Below are positions 21,280-32,899 of a stretch of 34,825 bases of DNA, piece after piece. This DNA is from Octopus bimaculoides (taxonomy: Eukaryota). Numbering within the stretch: position 1 is the stretch's first letter; every line of letters starts with the position of its first letter. A program made the translations under genes and the position numbers. Under the pieces are notes generated by a model that saw only the letters and a list, made by a program, of their open reading frames with translations, was not told where the DNA came from and made no database searches. The stretch is taken from assembly GCF_001194135.2 (NCBI RefSeq), contig NC_068987.1, positions 48,439,894 to 48,474,718 on the forward strand, in the 5' to 3' direction.

Positions 21280-21822
21280 CTGGCACCCATGCCAACATCT
21301 CCTTCATTGTACACTAAACTCTGCTTGCGAAGACCTTTTGGGGCAAGTGAAAGTGAAATTGTGATGGCACCTGTACCAGTGGAGCACTAAGAGCACTGTC
21401 CAAGCGTGATCATTGCCAGAGCAGCTGTCTGGCTTCTGTGCCAGTGGCATGTAAATAGCACCATTTGAGCATGATCGTTACCAGCATCGCCTTACTGGCA
21501 CTTGTGCCAGTGGTACGTGAAAAGACATTTGAGTGAGGTCGTTGCCAGTGCCGCTGGACTGGCTCCTGTGCAGGTGGCACGTAAAATACACCATTTTGAG
21601 CGAGGCCATTGCCAGTACTGCCTGACTGGCCCTTGTGCCGGTGGCACGTAAAAGCACCCACTACACTCTTGGAGTGGTTGGCGCTAGGAAGGGCATCCAG
21701 CTGTAGAAACTCTGCCAAATCAGATTGGAGCCTGATGTAGCCATTTGGTTTGTCAGTCCTCAGTCAAATCATCCAACCCATGCTAGCATGAAAAGCGGAC
21801 GTTAAATGATGATGATGATGAT
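21280..21822 (+). mobile_element. RTE LINE 3' UTR with ~65-bp internal tandem subunits and a (gat)n tail
   Basis: Repeated ggtggcacgtaaaa/gccagt subunits; ends cggacgttaaatgatgatgatgatg. Confidence 0.85.
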
Positions 21823-21871
21823 TTAAAATTGTATCTAGCCACCTTAATTATTTTGTATATATGTATGTGTG

Positions 21872-21874
<3 letters not shown>

Positions 21875-21902
<28 letters not shown>
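21875..21902. repeat. (CA)n microsatellite
   Basis: Seen directly. Confidence 0.95.
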
Positions 21903-21904
<2 letters not shown>

Positions 21905-21906
<2 letters not shown>

Positions 21907-22040
21907 GCAGGTGTGGTTGTGTGGTAAGAAGTTTGCTTCCCAACCACATGACTTCAGGTTCAGTTCCACTGTGTAGCACTTTGGGCAAGTGTCATTTTCT
22001 GTAGCTATTGGTAGATGGAAATTGAAAGAAGCCTGTTGTA
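21905..22040 (+). mobile_element. SINE family A head, internally deleted
   Basis: gcaggtgtggttgtgtggtaagaagtttgcttcccaaccacatg...ggcaagtgtc. Confidence 0.75.
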
Positions 22041-22925
22041 TCATCATCATCATCGTTTAACGTCCGCTTTCCATGCTAGCATGGGTTGGACGATTTGACT
22101 GAGGACTGGTGAAACCGGATGGCAACACCAGGCTCCAATCTAATTTGGCAGAGTTTCTACAGCTGGATGCCCTTCCTAACGCTAACCACTCAGAGAGTGT
22201 AGTGGGTGCTTTTATGTGTCACCCGCACGAAAACGGCCACGCTCGAAATGGTGTCTTTTATGTGCCACCCGCACAAGCCAGTCCAGGGGCACTGGCAACG
22301 ATCTCACTCGAAAATCCTACGGGAGCCAGTCAGGCGGTNNNNNNNNNNNNNNNNNNNNNNNNNNNNNNNNNNNNNNNNNNNNNNNNNNNNNNNNNNNNNN
22401 NNNNNNNNNNNNNNNNNNNNNNNNNNNNNNNNNNNNNNNNNNNNNNNNNNNNNNNNNNNNNNNNNNNNNNNNNNNNNNNNNNNNNNNNNNNNNNNNNNNN
22501 NNNNNNNNNNNNNNNNNNNNNNNNNNNNNNNNNNNNNNNNNNNNNNNNNNNNNNNNNNNNNNNNNNNNNNNNNNNNNNNNNNNNNNNNNNNNNNNNNNNN
22601 NNNNNNNNACATGTCCATACCAGCGCAATCGTCTCTCTTGCACGCCACAACTGATGCTTCTAATGTTCAGCTTTTCTCTCAAGATACTTACACTCTGACA
22701 GGTATTCACATTGACATTACACAACCAACGGAGCATACTGGCTTCATTCCTTGCGAGCTTACGTATGTCCTCAGCAGTTACAGCCCATGTTTCACTGCCA
22801 TGTAGCATGGCTGTTCGTACGCATGCGTCATACAGTCTGCCTTTTACTCTGAGTGAGAGTCCCTTTGTCGCCAGCAGGGGTAAGAGCTCTCTAAACTTTG
22901 CCCAGGCTATTCTTATTCTATTTGC
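22040..22925 (-). mobile_element. Relatively young RTE LINE 3' fragment spanning an assembly gap
   Basis: Open frame MLHGSETWAVTAEDIRKLARNEASMLRWLCNV...QERRLRWYGH, plus the same 3' UTR and tail as 21280-21822. Confidence 0.9.
22339..22608. other. Assembly gap (270 N) inside an RTE copy
   Basis: N run. Confidence 0.99.
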
Positions 22926-22939
22926 CCAGGCTCACCACT

Positions 22940-23130
22940 ACTGCTTGACAACCAGTGTTGGTGTGTTTATGTTCCCATAACTTAGCAGTTCAGCAAAGAG
23001 ACTGATAGAAGAAGTACCTAACTTAAAAAAAAAGAAAGTAAGTACTGGGGTCATTTCATTCAACTAAAAAAAAAATTCAAGGTAGTACCCCAGCATGGTT
23101 GTGGTCTGATGACTGAAACAAGTAAAAGTG
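22940..23130 (+). mobile_element. SINE family C 3' fragment
   Basis: gttggtgtgtttatgttcccataacttagcagttcagcaaagagactgatagaagaagtac...gactgaaacaagtaaaag. Confidence 0.72.
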
Positions 23131-23279
23131 ATAATATATATGTGTGTGTGTGTTTATTTATGTACACACACAGATGCATGTATGTATTCAAACTTAAATT
23201 TCACTCTCGGATATAAACCCAAGAATTTAATCAATTAGTTGATGTTAGTTAAATTAATCTCGAGTCTATAGATTTGACA

Positions 23280-23651
23280 GTGGAGGCGCAATGGCCTAGA
23301 GGTTAGGGCAATGGACTCGCGGTCATAGGATCGCGGTTTCGATTCCCAGACTGCACATTGTGAGTGTTTATTGAGCGAAAACACCTAAAGCTCCATGGTG
23401 GCGAACCCTGCTGTACTCTTCCACCACAACTTTCTCTCACTTTTTCTTCCTGTTTCTGTTGTACCTGTATTTCAAAGGGCCAGCCTTGTCACACTATGAG
23501 TCACGCTGAATTTCACTGATAACTACGTTAACGGTACACGTGTCTGTGGAGTGCTCAGCCACTTGCACGTTAATTTCACGAGCAGGCTGTTCCATTGATC
23601 GGATCAACTGAAACCCTCGACGTCGTAAGCGACGGAGTGCCAACAACAACA
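23280..23651 (+). mobile_element. Full-length tRNA-derived SINE family D with a perfect 12-bp TSD
   Basis: A box TGGCCTAGAGG (23292), B box GGTTTCGATTCCC (23335), (caa)n tail; TSD atagatttgaca at 23268-79 and 23652-63. Confidence 0.92.
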
Positions 23652-23894
23652 ATAGATTTGACATCTCCTTTAAGTTTCTGTAACATCCAGCCGATAACAA
23701 ATAATTCTTTCTCTGTACAGGACACTAGTTTCTCATATGTAACTTTCCTGTTCTGTTACCTAAGTGAACACATAAAATGTCAACATGTTATTTGAACTTC
23801 TAACCCAGTTATTTTGTAGAACTATTGTGAGCTGATGCTGCTCAAGCTATTAACATCTGTTATCATTGTTAAGTGATCATTGTTCATCATCTTC

Positions 23895-24215
23895 TACTAT
23901 AATCCCAGGTCAACCAAAGCCCGTGAGTGGATAGGGTAGATGGAAACTGAAAGAAGCCCATCGTATGTGATACATGTATATGTAAGTATGTGTGTATGAT
24001 GGTTGTAAATGAGCAGCATTACCATACAAGCAATGTTGTTTATTTCCAGTCTTCTAATGAAAAGCATGTCTGGCCACGAGGAAATATTACTTTGCTTGGA
24101 AACAGGTGAGGATTGGTGACAGGAAGGGCATCCATCTGTGGAAAATCTACCTTAACAATTTCCATCTGGCCCATGCAAGCATGGAAAAGTAGATGTTAAA
24201 TAAGGATGATAATGA
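23895..24215 (+). mobile_element. SINE family A, 5'-truncated
   Basis: gtagatggaaactgaaagaagcccatcg...cccatgcaagcatggaaaagtagatgttaaa. Confidence 0.78.
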
Positions 24216-24539
24216 TGAATAATTTAGTAAAATTTAATTTGTCATTATTAAGTGGAGTTTGGAACATAAATTAGCATGAGAGTTTGATGGAAGGTTATAA
24301 CTTAGATCATTTTGAACCAAGGGCAATTTGTCTGTCCCCTCCAGTTTCAATTCTCAAAGCCCCGTTCCCCCAACTATGAGAAACATTTGAGCTACATAGT
24401 TTATAGCTATGAACTATCACTGTTCTAACTATTCACAGTCAAAGAGATAGGCCAGTATGAACTTAGTAGCTTGGCAGTGGACACAGTATTAATTTTGTAT
24501 ATTAATTGCCAAATACTCTCTTGAAAATCATATGTTGAA

Positions 24540-25010
24540 TGAAGTGAAGCTTTATGTATCTAGGTAGCATGGTGTTCACTACATCAAGTACAGAGGAAGA
24601 TGTCAAAACAAGACTTGGACATGTGATTAAACCTTCAACATTTTAAAGCCTGTTTATGAAGCAAATAACTCCACCAAGCCCAGTTGAGAAAGAAGGAGAA
24701 TGGTAGGGTGGGTTAAGGTAATGCACAATCAATTTTCTGCAGTTCTACTGAAACGCCAACAACCTCTCCTGGTAAGGAGAGATAGTCCTCAGACATTGCA
24801 TATGAAGCAACATAGTGGAAACTGAAAGGAAACTACAAAGTAGAACAACCTTCTCTCACCAAGGAAAACAACATGGAGTAGGTTCATTAAAAGTGATGCA
24901 CCTAGCTAACACCTAGGTAACAAATGCAATCCAGTGTCAAAGATCAAGACAGATGGAGACCTCTTTTTGCTACCCTGTGTTCTTCATGGAGTCAAAGGAC
25001 TTAAGAAAGA
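24540..25010 (+). mobile_element. Decayed RTE-type LINE 3' fragment (second family)
   Basis: FMYLGSMV..TSSTEEDVKTRLG-like motif, followed by a W...A.D...WR-type C-terminus. Confidence 0.55.
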
Positions 25011-25189
25011 AGACAACAAGCAAATCCTCTGTTCAGATATATTTAGTAGAGAATTTTCAATAGCAACATCAAATCCATTTAGCTCAGTCATGTCAAACTA
25101 ACACAAATATAAAACTGCCAATGGTACTTATCTCTTTTCCAGTACATTATATCAAGATTGAATACTTGTTAATATTGTCATTATAATTG

Positions 25190-25420
25190 TTAATGTCTAC
25201 TTTTCCATGCTTGCATAGATAGATCAGATGGAATTCATTGAGGTAGATTTTCTATGGACAGATCCCCTTCCTGTCACCAACCTTCACTTGCTTCCAAGCA
25301 AGATATCTTCTTATCCATTGCTGAACATATCTCCATGGAAGATTGTAAATGAACACCACTTGTGTGATGGTGACACATGTTTACAACTACCACACAATGT
25401 CAAGATGAGAAGACACTTAC
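25190..25420 (-). mobile_element. SINE family A tail
   Basis: tctacttttccatgcttgcatag...cttcctgtcaccaacc...caatgtcaagatgag. Confidence 0.75.
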
Positions 25421-25764
25421 ACACATTATACATTGTCTGGGCATACCTGCACATAGTTTGCATGCTATATGCATGTAAGTTGTGGACTGGCTATATGATT
25501 CATCTCTGATCCTGTTCAGGTATGTGATGTTGATAAGCCACAAAAATGGTGAAACATCAAGGTCTGTCACTCTTGAATGGGATTAGAGGTGAGTTATCTC
25601 ACTTGACCATAAATTTCAGGTGTTTTAACACCTGGCACTTTGAGAGAGTATTCTCCACCATGCCAAATCACAGTCTACTGGCAAATACATGGAGCATATA
25701 TGTTAAGTGCATGTGGTTGATAATATATATATTATATGACATACTCTTTACTTTACATACACAT

Positions 25765-25930
25765 GCATATATATGATGGGCTTCTTTCTGTTTCTGGTTA
25801 TCAAATCCATTCACAAGGCTTTGATCAACCCAGGGATATAGTAGAAGACACTTACCCAAGGTGCCATGTAGGGAGACTGAATCTCAAGCTACATGGCTGG
25901 AAAGCAGACTTCTTAACCATACAGCCATTG
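25765..25930 (-). mobile_element. SINE family A head
   Basis: gggcttctttctgttt...caaatccattcacaaggc...agacacttacccaaggtgcc...cttaaccatacagcc. Confidence 0.75.
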
Positions 25931-26301
25931 TATGATTAATCTTTATATCTTTACTTATCATTATTGAAAGTGGTGTGTTGGTAGAAACATCTTGCAGCAT
26001 TTTTGTCTTGAGTACATTCTTTGTTGAAGTGTACAACAAAGGTAACTAATTACCAGTAATATGTTGTATTCAATTGAATTAGCAACATGACTGAAATCCT
26101 TTCAGAACAGAATCACAACTAAGTTGTCTTAAAAAAATATATAGCAGTAATCTGATAGTGTTTCAACCTAGCAATCATATACAAATTATATATAGATTCA
26201 GAGTTGCATAACAGGTTTCTTTTTTATTGCGTATGAAGTGTTTTATTTTAGAGAATGCAAAAATGGAATATTGTGACATTCTATTTCAAGTTATGAGAGC
26301 T

Positions 26302-26715
26302 TTAACCTTTTTGATACCAACCCACCTGAGACTGCTCCTGGTTGTCACAAACTTCCTCTTTTAATATGATCTAAATTAAAACGTTACATCAAATAACATT
26401 TCAGGCTAATTTATGTGCCAAACATTACTTTAAGCCTTTAGCATTCAGATTACTTTGTCAAATGTAATGCTTATTTATTCACATTTAAAAAAATTAATCT
26501 TGTATTACCTTGTAGCTTTGAAATTTCAAAGATGTGATTGTTTATTTTTAGAATGACATTGCAGGGTAGGTGTGGGAGGCTAGATCTGGCCAGTTTGGGC
26601 TGGATGTGGTCTGTTTAAATGCTAAAGGGTTAATAAAAAAAATATATTTTTCAAATTCTACATTATTTTCATAATGGAAACAAAGGTAGTATTTTTCAAC
26701 AAAATGGTACAAATA
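26302..26715. mobile_element. MITE family A interrupted by MITE family B (26430-26633)
   Basis: Family A begins ttaa-CCTTTTTGATACC; family B (ttaa-GCCTTTAGCATT...AATGCTAAAGGG-ttaa) sits at an internal TTAA; family A sequence resumes at 26634. Confidence 0.75.
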
Positions 26716-26815
26716 ATAAATGAAGTCAAATAGCTCTGACCAGCACTCAAACTCATATCACATATTTAACTTGCCAGGAGTTTATTTCTCACTCTTTAGT
26801 GCTCACTGTACACCA

Positions 26816-27945
26816 TAGATCTGTCCAAAAAGAAACTGAACTCTTAAAATAATACCTTCAACCAGTTGGTGCAGCATGTTTACAACTAGGGTACAGTGGA
26901 TGGGTACCCTTTACCTTCATTTCAGTATTAGCCAATTTCAGTTAGTCTTTGATCTACACATGCAGAGTGAATGTATATTTCATGTATTTGATGATTTGTC
27001 TGAAGCTGAAAAAGGAAGGATTTGGAAGAGCAATGTGTTTGCATGAAATTCCGCTTCAAATTGGGAAAACCTTAATGAAAACTTTTCTAATGACGCAACA
27101 TACTCAAGGGGAGGACTGTTTGAGCTGTACCCAATATCATAAGTGGTACCAGCATTTCAACATCAGAACAACCACCAGAGATGATTCCATATTGGGACAA
27201 CCTTCCACAACAATGGAAAATCAGATTGTGAAAGTGTGTGCCATGTTCCATGAAAATCATAGCCTGGCTATCCATGAGGTTTCTAAGAAATATAGTGTTG
27301 TCTATTTCTTTTGGAAAAATGGGAATGTGCCACATGATTTTAAAACAAAATTTGAAGCTGCATAATGTTGCATCTGCTATCAGATGAAAAAAAGAAAATG
27401 AAATGATTAACTGACAGGAGCTACTTGATTGTTCAAATGCTGATGATTCTGCAAAATGCTAAAAAAAAATAGCCACTGGTGCATGACTACTATGTCAAAA
27501 CAAAAAAAAAACACAAGTATAAAGTTATGATGTTAATCAAAACACAGTTGTCACAATGCATGAAATCATCATCACCAGGATCAAAAGAAGCCTATTAGAG
27601 CCACTCAGTTGAGAAAATGATAACTTTTTTTCTGGGCAGGGCATCATACATTATGGGTTTGTTCCACATAGACAAAAAAGAAATTTACTTGGTTGACATG
27701 AGACATTTGAAAAAAGCACTGTAAAGGAAGACACCTGAGGCATGGACAAACAGAAGATTAATGGTATGCCTCAAGAACAGAACAGTTTACAGGTTGCTCT
27801 TTTTCCATGATTTTTGGACAAAGTAAGACATGACTCGATCTTTAGCTGCCCAATTCTCCAAATTTGATCCCAAAGTTGAAATCCTTCCTGTAAGGTTACC
27901 AATTTCAGAGGCTAGAAGAGATTGATGAAAATGTGTTCCAAAACA
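26816..27945 (+). mobile_element. Fossil mariner transposon
   Basis: ORF 26949-27365 resembles the Mos1-type HTH (LQIGKT..TF.M..TQGEDCLSCTQYHKWYQHF...DD...GQPST); later PKLKS.L.GYQFQRLEEI C-terminus; multiple stops. Confidence 0.82.
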
Positions 27946-28169
27946 GGAAAAAAATCTCTTCTAGCCTCCAACACTTCTGAGTAGACAGCAGCCTTGTGAA
28001 AAAAAGTGAGGAGACATGACATCTTCCCTTTTGACAACTCTCAGAACTATAACTGCTGCTGGGAACTTAGCATGCATGACAACTGGCCTCTGAAATTGGT
28101 AACCTTACAGGAAGGATTTCAACTTTGGGATCAAATTATATTTGAATGAGATAGGTCTCTTAAAAACAT

Positions 28170-28330
28170 TTGTGCTCTTTGGTTAAGAAACTTGCATGCC
28201 AATCATATAGTCTCCAGTTCAGTAGTACCACTGCAAGGTATCTTGGGCAAGTGTTCTCTACTATATCCTTGGGCCAACCAAAGCTTTGTGAATGAATATG
28301 GTAGACAGAAATTGAAAGGAGCCAGTGATA
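28170..28330 (+). mobile_element. SINE family A head
   Basis: ggttaagaaacttgcatgccaatcat...gggcaagtgttctctactata...gtagacagaaattgaaaggagcc. Confidence 0.7.
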
Positions 28331-28732
28331 TATGTATATATATAGGGGTATCTTATCCTGTTCAGGCTATATTATTAGCATTATCCTGCGTTTGAGAATT
28401 TAAAATCACTTCTTTAATTTTCTAAGACATCTCAGCGTTTCTAAAAGCAAACTTTGTTTGTTTGTTTACGTTCATCGTAATTTGAATTTAATATATATAT
28501 ATATGTTGAACTGTTAATTCATACACATTTTTCTCTCTCAATTCTTTCTGACAAAAAGCTTATACTTGAAATGCCAAAGACTTTTCCATTCTTCTTGAGC
28601 ATTAAACTAATGCACCTGCTTGTTGTTCCTTTACCTTTTTTTGTCTTTTGTTTTCTGTAAATTTGAATGACACACACACACACACATATATATATGGATA
28701 GATAGTTGGAGAGGTATATATATACAAACACA

Positions 28733-29921
28733 CAGAGGGTGCATCAGTTTTTGGAGGACACTTCTTTCAAGAGCTCTAACTTCCTTCTAACTTTTTTCGC
28801 TTACCTTACTTTTCAAATAAATAATTTCAGACATCAGGTTGACTCAGCAAATGAAAAGACACACTATAATTATTACCTTAAAAGCGCAGCATTGTGATAC
28901 AGAGATAGCTCATTTTCTGAAAGTTGCTTGATCTTTTGCTGTCAAAGTTGGAAGCTGCTGATTAGGATCCAACATCAGCAGCTAAGCACAAAATGCATGC
29001 CAGGATTCTAGTACCATTAGAACACTTTTACATTGCACACAAAATCTAAGAAATAAGAAAAACCCTGGAAAGTCAATCAGAGCCATTCTATAGCTTCATA
29101 ATGCACCACCAGAAGAGTTGTGCATGAGGACATCAGGTACAAGTCACACGTTAGTTTATGTTGGATGTGACAAGAAAGGATCATTCGATCTATGCAAAAT
29201 GCTTGCTAAAGAAGTTAAAATAGTAAGAGGCTGGAATGCTTTGGTTTTTCTCTGATGGGAAAAAACTTTGATCAGGACCAAAAGGTAAACTGAAGGAATA
29301 ACAGATGGTTGTGTAGAGACTTGAATGAGATTCTAGTTGTCATGCATGCTAAGTTCCTAGCAGCAGTGATAGTTCTGAGAGTTGTCAACAGGGAAGATGT
29401 TATGTCTCCTCACTTTTTTTCACAAGGTTGCTGTCTACTCAGAAGTGTTGGAGAAAGTTGTGAGGTCCTGGATAGACAGAGTATGCAACAGAAGATCATG
29501 TTTTTCAACAAGACCCTGTGCCATTTCATAAGGCTAGGACAACCCAAGCGTGGATGCATGCCAATCTCCATGATCATGTTCTCCCAGACACATGGCCTCC
29601 TAACTCAACAGACCTCAATCCACTGCATCACTATGTATGGGGTGTAGTTGAGAGCGAGGTCAGCGAATACCCCCATAACATCATACAATCTCTCAAGTCA
29701 ACCATAACCAGCACTATGTCCAAAATTGATAAAGATCATCTGATTTGGACATTTCAACATTTCCAGCTGCATATTGAAGCAGCCGTTGTTGCTAATGATG
29801 GATTCACTGAACAGATGTAATAAAAGAATTCTCAAGATTATTTGTACCAATTTGTTTTCAAGTACAGCTATCCATCTTTTTGTAAATTCATACAAATAAC
29901 CACAAAAACTGACACACACTG
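28733..29921 (+). mobile_element. Fossil Tc1/mariner DD37D (maT-type) transposon
   Basis: WFFSDGKNFDQDQKVN, VMHAKFLAAV..LRVVN..DVMSPHFF, QQD-x37-H with WPPNSTDLNPL; degenerate TIRs cagagggtgcatcagtttttgg / ccacaaaaactgacacacactg. Confidence 0.85.
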
Positions 29922-29959
29922 AATATATATGAGTGATAGATGGCAGGAAGCTGAATTGA

Positions 29960-30470
29960 ATGCTAGAATTGCAGATGTTGTCACAGTAGTGTGCTAGATC
30001 CAGCATTTGTTCTTCAGAAGTAGAGAGGTTGGCAAAAAAAAAAAACAAACCTACTATTTTCTATTTGGTTTTCATTTCTATCCTCACCTATGGTTATGAA
30101 TTTTGGGTAAAAGAATATGATCAGGAAAACAAGTGGCTGGAATGGGGGTCCTCCAAAAGGTCTCTGGAGTAATGTTACTTGACAGGATGTGCAGCTCAGG
30201 GAGTCTCTCTAGGTCAAGCTGCCACTCCTCTGCATTGACAGGTCACAACTCCATTACTGCAGACATGTGATTAGAATGTTACAGGAAAGAAGAGCAAGAC
30301 AGATTCTTTAAGCCAAGCTGACTTAGGAATAAATCAGAAACAAGTTGGTTGGGTAATATCCATAGACTCAGTTGGTAGTGCTTGGCAATCCAGCTGAAAA
30401 ATCTGGTGATGGCTTGCTTCTGATAGGACCCTATGGAGGAAGTGCCCGAGGACTGTGCACCTACATCCCT
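29960..30470 (+). mobile_element. Decayed RTE (Rex3/Expander-like) LINE 3' fragment
   Basis: ...FISILTYGYEFWV...AGMGVLQKVSG..L.DRMCS...LLCIDRSQL...HVIRM, a frame-disrupted match to the RTE ORF2 C-terminus. Confidence 0.6.
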
Positions 30471-30703
30471 ACAATAAATAGTGGGTAGAGAAGATTGATA
30501 AAGGGATAGATTTGTATGTATATATGTGCGTATCCTTGTCTTAATAGCATGTGATGGTTGTAAAGGAGCATCACTATTATACAAGTGATGTTTATTACCT
30601 TACCTGGAAATAGGTGAGGGTTGACAAAAGGAAGAGCATCTGAATTTAGAAAAACTGTCTCAATGGATTCTGTCAGACCCATGCAAGCATGGGAAAGTGG
30701 ATG

Positions 30704-30927
30704 CTAACCCTTTAGCATTTAAACCAGCCATATCAGACCCAAATATTCTGATTTATGTCCACATCGTCCACATCTGGTCTCTCATACCTACCCTGCAATG
30801 ACATTCTAAAAATTTACAATTACATCATCAAAATCTTGAAGCTACGACATAATGCATGATTAATACAAAACAATGAGAATAAATAAGCATAACATTTTAC
30901 AGAGTAATCTGAATCCTAAAGGGTTAA
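30704..30927. mobile_element. MITE family B inserted in the TTAA of a SINE-A tail (tail 30530-30703)
   Basis: ctaa-CCCTTTAGCATT ... AATCCTAAAGGG-ttaa; the SINE tail continues atgatggtgatg after the insertion. Confidence 0.8.
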
Positions 30928-32899
30928 ATGATGGTGATGTGCAGTCTCTTTTTGGACAGATCACTTATTCCAAATTAAGAAAAAAGAAAAAACATGAACA
31001 TTTGTGGTATCCTGATTTATTTTAAATTTTCTTTTTTATACATATTTTACATCTTGTAGTACATCACATTTTCCATAAATATTGTCATTTTTTTGAAATT
31101 TATAGCAAGAATACTTTTTATTAATAATTAATACTTTCAACTGCAAGATTGTATAAACAATTTAAAGACTTGACACCAAACAACAGAAGCAGTACCTTAG
31201 CCTTCCCCCAAAACCAGTCAAAATTAATTTGGTTTGTTGCTCTGTGTGTTTGTGTGTGTGTGTGTGTGTGTGCATATATCTACATCTATATATGATCGGG
31301 GAAGAGCAGGACTTAGTCAGATTGTGAACAAAACTGTAAAAGTTCAAGCAGAAAAATATATTTAGAGCAATATTGTCATGTCTATTTTTTTCTTCTTTTT
31401 TTGCATGCAAAATAAAAAGACTTAGACATGATTGCTTGCTATGATTTATTACACACTCACCTGTGTGTTGGTACAATAACAGTGAGTTGTTTGTTCAGCC
31501 AATATGGTCATTTTTTTATGATTCAGTACATAACCTAACAAATTGGCTGCAATTAATTGTTAAACATATTCACTCTAACATAGAGTAGAACTTGTTTTAT
31601 TTTTACTCGAGCCCAAGGAGACATTTCTGTTATTCTACCTGCAATATTAGTTATTGCATTATGTGCCAAGGCATCCATTCTCTCAAGTAGGAACTGTAGA
31701 TTTAGAATAGATAAGCAAGGTTGAGAATAGTGGTAAATTGGAAGTTGCTTAAAATGGCTTTTAGAGATAAAGTTTTTAATGGAAATTTTTGTCCAATCAG
31801 AATGGAAGAATATAAGAATGGTATCAGAGATTCAAAAGACAAATGGGCAAACATGCATAAAAGTATGAAAGTAAACGATGAGTGAAACAAAGTTATAAAA
31901 AATTTCTTCAGTAAACTTTATAATAATACAAAGATAATCTTTAAAAGCCAAAAAAAGGAAAGAAGGTTGTCTTATTGTGGAGAGAAACATTGTTAGATAT
32001 ATCTATAATTCTCTAACAAGCTAATTAATGAAATGTAACAGCTTCATTCAAGCTTATATAATTTTACTGGTCCATAGCAACTGAAAGCCCAGTTCACCGA
32101 GCTGTAAATAGATACCACATCATGGTATAGTCTCACAGCTGTAAGCAGAGGGAATATTGTACGTAAAAATAACAATTTTTTGTTGGTTTACAGTGCAGTC
32201 TTCAACTCTTTCTTGTGGGTATGTCAGAGGAGTGTCATATACCTACCACAGTGTATTATAGCATAAATCATCTACAGGCAGGAAAATGGAAGAGGTGTGG
32301 ATCTCTTAAATTTATGGAAGCATAGACTGGAAAGATCTGTAGATTGCAGAAATTACTGCATTTAATCCTAAACAATAACAGGACTCGGAAAAATTGCATT
32401 ATGGCTGCCAGTTTTAGAGAATTAAATTAAAATGAATAATAAAATTATATTGGGAAATAAATCTATTAACTCTATGCCAGGTAAAAGATACTGCTCTGTC
32501 AAGATAAACATTACATTTTCATAGTTTCTATGGTAGAGAGCCCAAAACACATCTCACAACACTACAACAGTGATTTTTCCATGATCTTACAAAAGATTGG
32601 TCAGAAATCTAAACTAAAAGAAAAAAAAAAAAAAAAAACCCATAAAATGAAATGATCACTGAAATGGCTAATAAAAAATTTTTTTAGAAGTCCTTTTAGT
32701 TATGGAAACAGCCATCAGTCACATCTATTTGAGACACATCTCATATTGATAACTGTTATAAACTTTACTATGCTGAGAGAGAGAGATTTAAACTGACAAG
32801 CTACCTATTATAGCTGATGAACTTCCTTGCCAAGTGAACCAGCTAATTTGCAGTTTATTAAATTCTAATGATAAGCCTGTACACATTTGAAACCTTAGA

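Noticed and set aside
21330-21660. CRISPR-like look of ~65-bp periodic repeats with variable spacers
   Set aside because: These are subunits of the RTE 3' UTR, also present at ~6600-6960 and 22210-22338. The spacers are mutually homologous, the context is eukaryotic, and there are no cas genes.
22109-22808. Long ORFs in the track at 22.1-22.8 kb
   Set aside because: Artefacts of reading through 270 Ns; only the RTE C-terminal part is meaningful.
23106-23119. CTGATGA-CT-GAAAC, a second hammerhead-like core
   Set aside because: No stem II or stem I, and the sister copy near 9050 reads caaatgactaaa, so it is a chance variant of the SINE-C tail.
23280-23350. Possible tRNA gene
   Set aside because: A and B boxes are present, but it continues into a 300-bp body with a (caa)n tail and TSD, so it is a SINE head.
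31461-31534. Candidate minus-strand exon (ttgttag|...CAG|gtgagt; GYVLNHKKMTILAEQTTHCYCTNTQ)
   Set aside because: Good splice signals, but no recognisable homology and no phase-compatible neighbour; would need RNA-seq or TBLASTN.
32068-32138. Candidate minus-strand exon VRLYHDVVSIYSSVNWAFSCYGP, faintly like the NUP42/NUPL2 W-x-FS-x-Y-x-P motif
   Set aside because: Weak donor (gtaaaa), a stop soon after if unspliced, a phase incompatible with the 31461 candidate, and similarity too short to trust.
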